This document shows, piece after piece, positions 40,596 to 52,073 of a stretch of DNA of 64,000 bases. The notes beneath the pieces were generated by a model. That model saw nothing but the letters and a program-made list of their open reading frames with translations. It had not been told where the DNA came from and did no database searches. This DNA comes from an uncultured delta proteobacterium (lineage in GTDB: Bacteria; Desulfobacterota; RBG-13-43-22): positions 256,001-320,000 of the forward strand of contig CAWDKY010000015.1 of NCBI GenBank assembly GCA_963802945.1, given 5' to 3'. The translations under genes were made by a program, and so were the position numbers. Position 1 is the first letter of the stretch; each line of letters begins with the position of its first letter.

Positions 40596-40985
40596 TTATT
40601 TCCCTCCTTTTGCTTTTCGTCTAATTAGAAATTTCCCGGCGGTTTTAGCTCCAATCGCCAAACCAGCCAGATTCACCAAGGTTGGATTGATCCCTCTGCT
40701 CATGATCCGATTAATAACGGAAAAGACTTTTGCTGATTCCTTTAAAGTTTGAAACAGGCCCTCTAATTGATTTAACCGTTCCTGGGTCTGAGACAGGATA
40801 CGATTGGTACTTTCCGAGGTTTCTTTAAGGTTTCGGACCATGGGGGTAATTTCCTTTTCCAGGGAATTCAAAAAGGCTTCCAGGTTACGTACTGTTCGGG
40901 AAATCTGTATCAGGGTCCTGATGAGAAAAAAGGCAACCGCCGCTGTCACAACTAAGAATCCCAAACTGATCCAATGCCAATCCAA
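40596..40985 (-). CDS. DUF948/YoxC-family protein
   Basis: N-terminal TM then coiled coil; adjacent to YtxH gene; TTG start after AAGGGGGG. Confidence 0.75.
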   Translation of the reverse strand: MDWHWISLGFLVVTAAVAFFLIRTLIQISRTVRNLEAFLNSLEKEITPMVRNLKETSESTNRILSQTQERLNQLEGLFQTLKESAKVFSVINRIMSRGINPTLVNLAGLAIGAKTAGKFLIRRKAKGGK

Positions 40986-41442
40986 AAGGAATCCCCCCTT
41001 CCAAAAAAGAATATTTATAAGCAATTTATCATTTTTTATTGCGAAAAGCAATGGATTTAACAAGTTAATGAAATGAAGAAAGTAGCGAAGCGATTATTAT
41101 CTCCTTGGGTGAGGCTTATTTGTTTTTATCTCTTTAGCTTACGGTTTCTCAATAAATCTCGCTATAGCTATGCGATTCTTGTGCTCTCAAATCTGGAAAT
41201 TCTCTCCGGCATTGATGGACTGGACAGCCGGGCCTATCTGTCTCTTTCCTGCATAAAAATAAAAGATTGGAAATTTCATTTTAAAAATCATACCCACTAG
41301 TTCAGGCGTAATAGACCAAAGATTTCTCCATCTGCCAAGGATAAAAATAGATTGATTTATCCTTATTAGAAAGATAAATTAGGATTGACGGAAATTAAAA
41401 ACTTATAAAGGAATATTTTTATATCAGCCTTGGTAAAAATTC

Positions 41443-42192
41443 TTGAGCAACTTAATAAAAAATTGGATCTTATCTGTTACCATCACTCTGGGGTTGATTT
41501 TGTTTGGCACATTTGGATTCGGAGCCGATCACCAGGGCCTGAAGGCCGATGGAAAGACCAATGTCATGCCGATTCGCTGGGATCAGGCCTTTTTAAGACT
41601 CATTTCCCCACCTGACAAGGCCAAGCTCGAACAGGGAGAAATCCTGTGTGAAATTAAAAAATGGGATAGCAACACCATAACCGCTCAAAGCATGGGCTTG
41701 ATTAAAGCCAAGGCCGAAGATTGCTTCAAGGTGGTCCGGAACTATAATCAATATATCAACCTGATGCCTTATACGAAGGAAAACAAGGTGGTCAGGTCTT
41801 TTCAATTGGAGGGAGAGCCTACCGGGGTCGAGGCAGTGGATTTTTGGACCCGGGTCAGGGTGCTGGGCATCAGCACCCGCTATCTGCTTCGTATCGCCCA
41901 CCTTCCAGAGCCTGCAAAACAGCGGTTTCGCAGTTTCTGGACCCTGGTGGACAAACCGGAACACCTGCCGGCCTGCCAGGATTCTGAAAGAAGGCCTTGC
42001 CAAAACGATCTGGCCGTTAATTTGGGCTCGCACCAGTTCGAGTCTTTTCCAGGAAATTCAAATTATACCTTGCACACCTATACCTTGACGGTTTCAGGAA
42101 AAAGCTGGCTTCAACAACCAGCCTTCCAGCTTGGAGGGACAAAATCCATGGGCGAGGTAACCCAGGCTATTCGAAATGTTTTAGAAAAATAG
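41443..42192 (+). CDS. Exported protein with START/SRPBCC-like lipid-binding fold
   Basis: Signal peptide; IKA.AEDCFKVV.NY.QY..LMP and WTLV..N.GS patterns typical of the family (inferred). Confidence 0.55.
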   Translation: MSNLIKNWILSVTITLGLILFGTFGFGADHQGLKADGKTNVMPIRWDQAFLRLISPPDKAKLEQGEILCEIKKWDSNTITAQSMGLIKAKAEDCFKVVRNYNQYINLMPYTKENKVVRSFQLEGEPTGVEAVDFWTRVRVLGISTRYLLRIAHLPEPAKQRFRSFWTLVDKPEHLPACQDSERRPCQNDLAVNLGSHQFESFPGNSNYTLHTYTLTVSGKSWLQQPAFQLGGTKSMGEVTQAIRNVLEK

Positions 42193-42928
42193 GAACGTCC
42201 CGCCAGCGGAATAAGAGAAGAAATTCATTAGGCGGTTTAAAAGCCCGCACTTCGACTACCCGCGTTGCTGTATCAATGGACACGTAAGGCATATAATCAC
42301 CGGAACAGGCCCCGGAGTTGACGTAAATCCCTTTTCCGAATGGGCGGCAGGCCATCTGGTGGGAGTGGCCCATGACGATAATATTACTTTTCCCATGGAG
42401 TAAGGCCTGTCGGGCGGCCTTATCCAGCCTTTCAAAGATCCGCTGCCCAAAGTCATAAAAAGGCCCTTCCAAAAAATCAGCTAGCCGGCTCAAGCCCTTC
42501 CGCCGCATGCCGCCGACTATCCAGGTGATGAGATAAGGTACCTGCCCTTTCTCACCGATGAAGGGATCGAATTGATGACCGTGGATAAACCACAACCGCC
42601 AGCCGTCCTTTTTCAGACGGATCTGTTTCAAGGTGCCTAAAATTTTTTGGGTGATCTGATCGTGATTTCCAAAAATACTTTCGTAGTGAGAAGAATTCCA
42701 GCGTTGGACAATCCGTGAATAGCGTTTCAGGATGGCTTCCAGCACATCCGATCTGGAGCCGGGATATGGCCCATAATCGGTTTGAAAAATATCCCCCATG
42801 AGAATAATCCGGTCATGGGTCCGTGAAAGATGGTCATCAAACCTAAGCAGACCTTCTTCTTTTCCCCGGAATTTATCCAAAACCGGGATATGGCCCAGAT
42901 GGAGATCACCAAAACTTGCAATGCGCAT
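42167..42928 (-). CDS. Calcineurin-like metallophosphoesterase (LpxH-like)
   Basis: DLHLG, GDIF, GNHD, HGHQFD, GHSH, YVNSG. Confidence 0.85.
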   Translation of the reverse strand: MRIASFGDLHLGHIPVLDKFRGKEEGLLRFDDHLSRTHDRIILMGDIFQTDYGPYPGSRSDVLEAILKRYSRIVQRWNSSHYESIFGNHDQITQKILGTLKQIRLKKDGWRLWFIHGHQFDPFIGEKGQVPYLITWIVGGMRRKGLSRLADFLEGPFYDFGQRIFERLDKAARQALLHGKSNIIVMGHSHQMACRPFGKGIYVNSGACSGDYMPYVSIDTATRVVEVRAFKPPNEFLLLFRWRDVPIFLKHFE

Positions 42929-43120
42929 TAGTTGATTTCAGCTTGGGTTTTTAGACGTAACACCAACTATCTTAAGTAGGTACGGTTTTTATCACAATGC
43001 TTAGAATTCAGGAGTCAGGAGCCGGAATCCAGAATAAGAAGCCCATCAAGCATAACGGAATTATAGCATTAAATTTATTTTTTCTTCTGAATTCTGACTC
43101 CTGGATTCTGAATTCTCTTC

Positions 43121-44410
43121 TTAATGTTTAAACGCCCTCTGACCGGTAAAGACCATGGTGGCCAGCGGAACGGCCTGGTTGCAGGCCTCAATCACCTCAA
43201 AATCCCTTATGGATCCTCCGGGCTGAACAACAGCGATTACCCCCTGGCGCAGTCCTACATCCACTCCGTCACGGAAAGGGAAGAAGGCATCGGAAATCAT
43301 CACCGATCCGGGCAGACCGGCCTTATCTCCTTTGGTCTTTTGATCGATCTCCTCCTTTTCCCCAGCCTCCCTCTTGCCCTGCTCGACTTCTAATTCCAAT
43401 TCATTATAGGAAATCCCATGCTGATCAAAGCAAAGGGCATCGGCATATTTGGTGTAAGCCTTATAAACCGCGATCTCGGCCACACCCACCCGATCCTGTT
43501 CTCCTGTGCCGATACCTACCGTGCATTCATCCTTGACATAAAGGACGGAATTGGAGGTGACCCCCTGTTCCACGGACCAGCCGAAGTACATGTCCTCCAA
43601 TTCCTTTTGCGTTGGTTGCCGAGAAATTCGGTACTCACGCCCTTGATAGGTACAGGCCGCCGGCATAAAATCTTCTTTTTTTTGTATAGCATTGATCGGT
43701 GACTGCTGGAGAACCAGACCCCCGTCCTGTAGACTTTTAAAGTCTATGAACCGAACCTGACGAAGGTTTTCCAAAAGATCCATTCGGGGCACCTTTAGAA
43801 TCCTTAGATTCCCGCGTGTGGCCAAAATGGGGATTGAACTTTCTTCAAAATCCGGGGCAGCCACGACTTCCAGATAATTTTGGGAAATGAGTTCAGCCGT
43901 GGTTTTGTCCATAGGGCGATTGAAAACAGCTGCGCCACCAAAGGCGGCGATCCGGTCGGCCCGGTTGGCCCGAAAGTAGGCCTCCGATAATCCGGCCCCA
44001 TAAGCGACCCCGCAAGGGTTATTGTGCTTGACGATCACGGCCGCTGGTTTGGCTGAAAGGAATTTGAGAATGTTCAAGGCATTATCCACATCGGTCAGAT
44101 TGGTCTTGCCGGGATGTTTTCCTTCTTGAATCATTTCGGCCTCGGTTATGGCTGAAACCATCCCCAGTCCCGTCCGAATGAATTGACATTCCCCCAGGAT
44201 GAGATTTCCATTGACTAATTCATACAGAGCCGCTTCCTGTCCTGGGTTTTCCCCGTAGCGCAGTCCTTTTTCTTCTAGGACCCCATCAGCTTGGGGCAGC
44301 TTCCAGGTCCTTTTGCGGTACGTCAGGGCTTGATCCCCCAGGGTGATGGTTAAGGTCAAAGGAAAATGATCGGCCATAACTGTTCGGTACATTTTTTTTA
44401 GGTCGTCCAT
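43121..44410 (-). CDS. purH: Stand-alone AICAR transformylase-like protein (C-terminal PurH domain)
   Basis: LRYGENPGQ.AALY, VKHNNPCG, AFGG, SDAFFPFRDG, QPGGS.RD, FTGQRAFKH. Confidence 0.88.
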   Translation of the reverse strand: MDDLKKMYRTVMADHFPLTLTITLGDQALTYRKRTWKLPQADGVLEEKGLRYGENPGQEAALYELVNGNLILGECQFIRTGLGMVSAITEAEMIQEGKHPGKTNLTDVDNALNILKFLSAKPAAVIVKHNNPCGVAYGAGLSEAYFRANRADRIAAFGGAAVFNRPMDKTTAELISQNYLEVVAAPDFEESSIPILATRGNLRILKVPRMDLLENLRQVRFIDFKSLQDGGLVLQQSPINAIQKKEDFMPAACTYQGREYRISRQPTQKELEDMYFGWSVEQGVTSNSVLYVKDECTVGIGTGEQDRVGVAEIAVYKAYTKYADALCFDQHGISYNELELEVEQGKREAGEKEEIDQKTKGDKAGLPGSVMISDAFFPFRDGVDVGLRQGVIAVVQPGGSIRDFEVIEACNQAVPLATMVFTGQRAFKH

Positions 44411-44508
44411 AGAACCTCCAGGTGTAAGGTGCAAGGCATAAGGGGTAAGGTTTATCCGTGGGTATTTTGCGTGTAGGCTTTATTGCCGTGAACCGTGAAT
44501 CGTAAACC

Positions 44509-45285
44509 TTAGATTTTTTCTCTTTCAATAAAAGCATAAGCGCTGTGGTTGTGAATGGATTCGAAATTTTCTGTATCCACGGAAAACCAGGTGATATTAG
44601 GATCGGACTCCAGTTTCCTGGCAACCTCCCGGACCACGTCTTCAACAAACATGGGATTCTCGTAACTTTTTTCAGTCACGAATTTTTCATCTTCGCGCTT
44701 CAAAACAGAAAAGACTTCCGAAGAGGCAGACTCTTCAACCAAACGGATAATATCCTCAATCCAAATAAATTTTTTAAACCGCAGGTTGACCCGAACTTCA
44801 CCTCTTTGGTTATGAGCACCGTGGGCACTGATTTCTTTGGAACAAGGACAGACCGTGGCGATGGGAATTTTTAATTCAAGGACCAAGTCCCGAGCTTTTA
44901 CCTGACTGGTAGATCCCTTTATCGTACAGATATATTCCATGAGACCTTCGGCCTGGGTGACCGGGGCCTTTTTAGTTATGAAATAGGGAAAAGTGACTTC
45001 TAGATGGGCTGATTCGGCATTTAGCCTGGTTTTAAGGGCCTCCAATATGGAACCAATATTTTCCATGGTGATCTGACGACGGTATTCACTCAAGACCTCG
45101 ATAAAGCGGCTCATATGAGTCCCTTTGTGATCATGGGGAAGATTGACGTACATATTGATGCTAGCTACTGTTTGTTGGTGGCCGTTCTCTTTATCCCGGA
45201 CTGTTATCGGGTATCGAATATTTTTTACCCCAACCTTATCGATCGGAATGTGCCGGTCGTCTTTTTGATCTTGAATATCTATCAT
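44509..45285 (-). CDS. folE2: GTP cyclohydrolase IB
   Basis: KGTHMSRF, CPCSKEIS..GAHNQR, LKREDEK, ESIHNHSA. Confidence 0.95.
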   Translation of the reverse strand: MIDIQDQKDDRHIPIDKVGVKNIRYPITVRDKENGHQQTVASINMYVNLPHDHKGTHMSRFIEVLSEYRRQITMENIGSILEALKTRLNAESAHLEVTFPYFITKKAPVTQAEGLMEYICTIKGSTSQVKARDLVLELKIPIATVCPCSKEISAHGAHNQRGEVRVNLRFKKFIWIEDIIRLVEESASSEVFSVLKREDEKFVTEKSYENPMFVEDVVREVARKLESDPNITWFSVDTENFESIHNHSAYAFIEREKI

Positions 45286-45364
45286 AAGAGTTGCGAGTTG
45301 CGAATTGCGGGTTGCGGGTTAAAACCATTTCAACACGCAACCCGAAACCCGTAACAGGTTTTTC

Positions 45365-46777
45365 TCACCATCCTATCATCAAATACTCATGAATGGAGTT
45401 GGCGGCGATACGTCCGGCCCCCATGGCCAGGATGACCGTAGCCGAGCCGGTTACGATATCCCCTCCGGCCCAGACCCCTTTCTTATAGGTTTTCCCGGTC
45501 TTGGGATCGGCCACGATATAGCCCCTCTTGTTAGTTTGCAATCCTGGGGTCGTTGCCGTTATTAAAGGATTTGCCCCGGCCCCGATGGCTATGACCACCA
45601 GATCGGTCTGCATGGTGAATTCCGACCCTTTGATGGGAATGGGTCTTCTTCGACCTGAATCATCGGGCTCGCCCAGTTCCATTTTAATACATTCCATGGA
45701 TGTCACCCGGCCTTTATCATTTCCAATAAAGCGGGTGGGATTGGTCAGAAGGTGTAATTCTACCCCTTCTTCTTCTGCATGGTGAATTTCTTCCTTCCGG
45801 GCGGGCATTTCATCCCGGGAACGACGATAAACGATCTTTACACTGTCTGCGCCCAGCCGCAAGGCGGTCCGGGCCGAATCCATAGCCACATTGCCTGCTC
45901 CCAAGACAACCACATCTTTCCCGAGAACAATTGGGGTGTCGTATTCGGGAAACTTATAGGCCTTCATCAAATTGGACCTGGTCAGATATTCATTGGCCGA
46001 ATAAATACCGATCAAATTCTCCCCTGGGATATTCATAAATATCGGCAGTCCGGCCCCGACCCCGATGTAGACGGCATCAAAACCCTCGGCGAAAAGTTCG
46101 TCAATGGTCGAGGTCCGGCCGATGACGGCATTGCAGACGATCTTGGCCCCCAGTTTTTCCAGGATATCCACTTCGGCTTGAACAATGGCCTTGGGGAGAC
46201 GGAATTCCGGAATCCCATAGATCAAGACCCCGCCGGTTTTATGAAAGGCCTCGAAGATGGTCACCTCATGTCCTTTAAGGATCAAGTCTCCGGCCACCGT
46301 AAGACCGGATGGCCCGGAGCCTATCACAGCTACCTTTTTCCCTGTTGGCGCTGCTTTTTGTGGGAGCTTGAATTCCCCTTGGGTCCGCTGCCGATCGGCG
46401 GCGAAGCGTTCCAGACGTCCGACAGCCACCGGTTCTTCCCTTTTGCCCAGGATACACAAGGACTCACATTGACTTTCCTGGGGACAGACCCGACCACAGA
46501 CGGCCGGCAGACTGGTCTTTTCCCAAAGTTTCATAATGGCCCCGGGAAAATCCCCTTCTTTGATAAGCTTGACAAATCCCGGGATGTCGATTCCAACCGG
46601 GCATCCTTCCACACAGGAAGGCTTCTTACACTGCAGACATCGACTCGCTTCCAACTGAGCCGTCTCCGGGGAATACCCCAAAGGGACCTCATTAAAATTC
46701 CTGGCCCTGACCTTTGGATCTTGTTCCGGCATTTTCTGCCTGGATATTTTTTCTTTCTTCTTTATTTCTTCGACCAC
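45365..46777 (-). CDS. NADPH-dependent glutamate synthase beta-like / NfnB large subunit
   Basis: RCLQCKKP.CV.GCPV, CGRVCPQE.QCE, GSGPSGL, GAGNVAMD, GGDIVTG.ATVILAMGAG. Confidence 0.9.
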   Translation of the reverse strand: MVEEIKKKEKISRQKMPEQDPKVRARNFNEVPLGYSPETAQLEASRCLQCKKPSCVEGCPVGIDIPGFVKLIKEGDFPGAIMKLWEKTSLPAVCGRVCPQESQCESLCILGKREEPVAVGRLERFAADRQRTQGEFKLPQKAAPTGKKVAVIGSGPSGLTVAGDLILKGHEVTIFEAFHKTGGVLIYGIPEFRLPKAIVQAEVDILEKLGAKIVCNAVIGRTSTIDELFAEGFDAVYIGVGAGLPIFMNIPGENLIGIYSANEYLTRSNLMKAYKFPEYDTPIVLGKDVVVLGAGNVAMDSARTALRLGADSVKIVYRRSRDEMPARKEEIHHAEEEGVELHLLTNPTRFIGNDKGRVTSMECIKMELGEPDDSGRRRPIPIKGSEFTMQTDLVVIAIGAGANPLITATTPGLQTNKRGYIVADPKTGKTYKKGVWAGGDIVTGSATVILAMGAGRIAANSIHEYLMIGW

Positions 46778-46873
46778 GTTAATTCCTCCGTATAAGTTCG
46801 GAGTTCAGAGTTCAGAGTTCGGAGTAAAAATACTTACCGTTGTTTGACTCTGAACTCTTAACTCTTAACTCGG

Positions 46874-47720
46874 TTATTTACTGCATTGACAGCCTGATTT
46901 TTCAAACCTTTCCATGGCCTGTTTTTCCTGTTCCAAATAGGCCTGCTGTCTTTGAATCAGTTCATCAAAATTGACCTTGTGGCCGTCAAATTCCGGCCCG
47001 TCGACACAGGCAAAGCGGGGCACACCATCGACAGTCACCCGGCAGCAGCCGCACATCCCGGTTCCATCCACCATGATGGGATTCAAGCTGACCATGGTTT
47101 TCACGCCATATCCAGCGGTCAGTTTGCTGGTGAATTTCATCATCGGAACCGGTCCGATGGCCACAATTAAAGCAATAGAATCTTTTTTATCCAAATATTC
47201 TTTTACAACATCAGTCACAAATCCATGATGACCGTAAGAGCCGTCATCGGTACAGACCCGAAGTTCATGGGAAGCCCGGGCCATCTGGTCTTCGAGGATC
47301 AAGCAGGTCCTTGGTCCTGGCACCGATGATGGCCACTACCTGGTTCCCGGCCTCTTTCATGCCCTTAGTAATGGGATGCAAAACCGCCACCCCGGTTCCT
47401 CCCCCCACACAGATCACGGTCCCCAATTTTTCGATGTGGGTCGGTTGACCCAAGGGACCGCAAATATCTTGAAAGGCATCCCCGGGATTAAGGCTCTTCA
47501 TCAAAGCGGTCGACTTTCCAACCACTTGATAAATTAAAGTAATGGTGCCCTTCTCAGGATCCGTATCGGCCATCGTCAAAGGAATCCGTTCCCCAGTTTC
47601 ATTGACCCGAATGATGACAAACTGGCCGGGTCTGGCTTTTCGGGCAATTAAGGGGGCCTTGATTACATTACTGATAACAGTACCTTGAGCCAGTTCCTCT
47701 TTTTCTAAGATCTCAAACAC
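46874..47720 (-). CDS. NfnA/SudB FAD-[2Fe-2S] subunit (one-base insertion near 47302)
   Basis: PGQFVI, GERIPLT, GPLG, GGGTG, TDDGSYG, MVDGTGMCGCCR..CVDGPEF. Confidence 0.9.
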
Positions 47721-47975
47721 GATTGCCACTCCTTCTTATATTGTATTTTGGAGAATTTTTTAAAAATAAGATTTAAATTATTAACATAATAACTCCTCTT
47801 CTGTCAAAAAAATGTTGGGATTTTTTAAGGCTTGTCGATAGTTACTCGCTACAGTTAGAGGGGGTGTCTGGAATATAAAATTTCAAACCCTAAAACCGCT
47901 AATGGAAACGAGAAGATAATTTCATTAAAGGCCGAATATCGCCTGACACTCTAAAGAAAAAAATCTTATTTATCC

Positions 47976-48197
47976 TTATAAAGATCCGAAACGATGAAAA
48001 GAAGCGGCGGGTAAAAATAGGCAGAGCAAGAAACCCATAATGGGCATGAACGTCATGGTCTGCAAGGCTGTCGGTACTCCCCAGTTATCGGCCACCAGAT
48101 CCAACAGGGTTACCCCTAATCCACCGGTCCCCATGGCAAACCCGATCATCAAACCCGAGGCCACCCCCAGCTTGCCGGGCAAAAGATCCTAGGCCAT
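47976..48197 (-). pseudogene. Duplicated 3' end of the MFS gene
   Basis: 47992-48197 matches 49198-49403 (about 22 mismatches in 206 bp by manual count); CAG->TAG in third codon. Confidence 0.9.
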
Positions 48198-48204
48198 AGG
48201 AAAA

Positions 48205-48309
48205 AGGTGCGGGTCTTGCAATTATACATTTTCATACATGCTCCACCCGATTTATTGCTCGACACACATCAGCATAGTTGAAACCCAGATATTCGGCAAT
48301 TTTCTTTAA
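48205..48309 (-). mobile_element. 3' remnant of REP-associated tyrosine transposase (HTH tail plus end motif)
   Basis: LKKIAEYLGFNYADVCRAINRVEHV* then ATGTATAATTGCAAGACC. Confidence 0.5.
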
Positions 48310-48480
48310 TGCGCTGTTGCAAAACCCCAACAACCATTCAGACAGATAGGCATTTCTAAATCAAGAGTAGGGTCTGAGGGAGAGGCGAGCCCTATAAATC
48401 TTAACCTATAAAAAACAGTAACTGATTCGAACACCCGAATCTTACCTGCTTTTACTTAAGCTCTTCCTCAATAGGCACGG

Positions 48481-48879
48481 TTAACGGGTATAGGTGGCTG
48501 TTCCCCCAGTAGAAGTGGTCAAAAGCATAGGACTTACCACCGTACCGACCATAGGTGCGGTGAGCCAAAAAAGTGGCGTCGTGGATGTGCTGCTGTGGTA
48601 GAAATATAACGTGGTACCCTGATAGACCCAGTAAAAAGTGGGGTCCGCAGTCGCATAGACACCGGAACCTCCCGAGGCACTTCCAGATGAGTTTGCATTG
48701 AAAGTCAATTGTTCCGGCAAAGCCGTACCGTCTCCTGTAGAAAGACTATCAGACTTGGTCCAGGTACTACCCGTAATTGTTAAATAAGTGGGATTCCCAC
48801 CGTAAGTCCCGCCACATCCCATAAGAAAGACAAAAAGCAATCCAATGACTACCAGGAAAGAAACTTTTGATTTCATCAA
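48481..48879 (-). CDS. Thr/Ser/Gly-rich lipoprotein
   Basis: SD AAGGAG, lipobox LMGC, beta-rich mature part. Confidence 0.75.
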   Translation of the reverse strand: MMKSKVSFLVVIGLLFVFLMGCGGTYGGNPTYLTITGSTWTKSDSLSTGDGTALPEQLTFNANSSGSASGGSGVYATADPTFYWVYQGTTLYFYHSSTSTTPLFWLTAPMVGTVVSPMLLTTSTGGTATYTR

Positions 48880-49088
48880 TCTTCTCCTTTACGAAAAAGA
48901 AAATGTGCGTGCTTAGACATGAACGCCCACACATAACAGATTGTCTGCGTTTCAGTACATAGAGTCTCAAGTCGTTCGATAAAATTTTCACGATCTTTAT
49001 CAATACGGAATATCTTCCTGCGTTCTATTCCCCGAATCATAACATGGTGCAAAATGCCGGGAGCATCAAGTCGTGTTGTTCTGGGCAT
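48876..49088 (-). mobile_element. 5' fragment of REP-associated tyrosine transposase (RAYT/Y1)
   Basis: MPRTTRLDAPGILHHVMIRGIERRKIF..DRENF..WAFMSKHAHFL (HUH motif), truncated before catalytic Tyr. Confidence 0.85.
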
Positions 49089-49175
49089 TTTTCTTTATTA
49101 TTATCACCAGACTACAATGTCAATTGAATTATTATAGAGAGTCCCGCCTGCCATGATTGTTGACTTTAAAAAGGA

Positions 49176-50345
49176 TTACCCCGGCGACCCTTTAGACCGA
49201 TGAAAAGAAGCGGAGGTTAAAAATAAACAGAGTAAGAAACCCATAATGGGCATGACAGTTATGGTTTTCAAGGCTGTCGGTACCCCCCAGGTATCGGCCA
49301 ACAGACCCAACAGGGTTACCCCCATGCCACCGGTCCCGATGGCAAACCCGACCATCAACCCCGAGGCCATCCCCAGCTTGCCGGGCAAAAGATCCTGGGC
49401 CATGACCACCGTGACGGAAAAACTGGCGATCAAAACAAATCCCGAAAGGGCCAGGACGACAAAGGCCCCCCATCCTTGGACTTGAAGAAAGAGGATAAGC
49501 AGGGGAATCATCAGGAGCATGGTCAAGGTTAGGAAGAACTTGTGCCCCCATCGGTCAGCCAGGCGGGCTCCCAAAAGGGTTCCTATCGTTCCTGAGATCA
49601 GAAAAGTGGTAACCATCTTGCCGGCCAGCAAGGGATCTCCTTTTAAGTAATTGATATAATAAAAAGGAATAAAGGTTACCAGTCCCATTTGTATCCAAGA
49701 TCTCATGGTGACAATCAGGATCAGTAGGGTCAATTTACCGTAAGAGGCGATGGATTTGGGGTTGATGGAGGCGGTCTCTTTTTGCTTCATAGGGGCAGGA
49801 TAGCGTAAGGCCGGCAAAAGGAAGAGGAGGAAACAGGCCATAAAGAAGCCCGGTAAGCAATAAAAAAGGGTTCCAGCCAGGGAAAAATGGGTAACCACAA
49901 GGGCAAGCGTAAATGGCCCTAAAGCAAATCCCAGGTTTCCTCCAACGGCAAATATGGACATTCCCGAGGCCTTCTTTTGGCCGATAAAAAAATGGGCGGT
50001 TTTAAATCCTTCTGGATGAAAAGCAGCCACCCCTAAACCTCCCAGAACGACCAATAAAAGAAGGATCCAATAGTTCGGAGATAAGCCGGAGAGACCGATG
50101 CCCAATCCGGCCACCAAAACCCCCATGGGAATCAACCAGACTTTGGGTCGAAGGTCCGAAAAAAAACCGAATATCGGCTGAATAATCGAAGAAGTCAGAT
50201 TTGAGGCCAGGAGTATTATCCCCGCGGAGGTGTAAGATAGGCCCAAAGATTCTTTCATAAAAGGCAGGAGGGCGGGGACGGCCCCCTGATTGATATCAGT
50301 TATCAGGTGGGTCAAACTCAACAGGAATAATATTTTAAGATCCAT
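49176..50345 (-). CDS. MFS transporter, Fsr (fosmidomycin-resistance)-like
   Basis: HLITDINQG, QPIFG..SD, AAFHPEG, GGNLGFALGP, many TM helices. Confidence 0.9.
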   Translation of the reverse strand: MDLKILFLLSLTHLITDINQGAVPALLPFMKESLGLSYTSAGIILLASNLTSSIIQPIFGFFSDLRPKVWLIPMGVLVAGLGIGLSGLSPNYWILLLLVVLGGLGVAAFHPEGFKTAHFFIGQKKASGMSIFAVGGNLGFALGPFTLALVVTHFSLAGTLFYCLPGFFMACFLLFLLPALRYPAPMKQKETASINPKSIASYGKLTLLILIVTMRSWIQMGLVTFIPFYYINYLKGDPLLAGKMVTTFLISGTIGTLLGARLADRWGHKFFLTLTMLLMIPLLILFLQVQGWGAFVVLALSGFVLIASFSVTVVMAQDLLPGKLGMASGLMVGFAIGTGGMGVTLLGLLADTWGVPTALKTITVMPIMGFLLCLFLTSASFHRSKGSPG

Positions 50346-50480
50346 GGGCGGTTGTTCATTCCCTTAAAAATGATCAGGGGTTTACCCTTGACTAATTATG
50401 GAAAATAATTTAATATTTAATATTTATTTTCTTGTCCCCTGATTTTTGGATGATAGTAACGAATTTATAGGGCTTAGTCA

Positions 50481-51977
<1,497 letters not shown>

Positions 51978-52073
51978 TACTGGATACTGGATAAAAACAA
52001 AAAGTTTTTTTAAAGATCAACCTGGAATTTTTTCCAGCATCCAGTATCCAGCATCGGGTGTTTAAGGGTAAGA

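Noticed and set aside
45779-46795. Long antisense ORFs (also 30783-31508, 57680-58321, 9911-10510)
   Set aside because: Shadow frames opposite well-conserved genes, with no recognisable motifs
47992-49403. Diversity-generating retroelement TR/VR pair
   Set aside because: Mismatches involve all four bases and many are synonymous; no reverse transcriptase in the window
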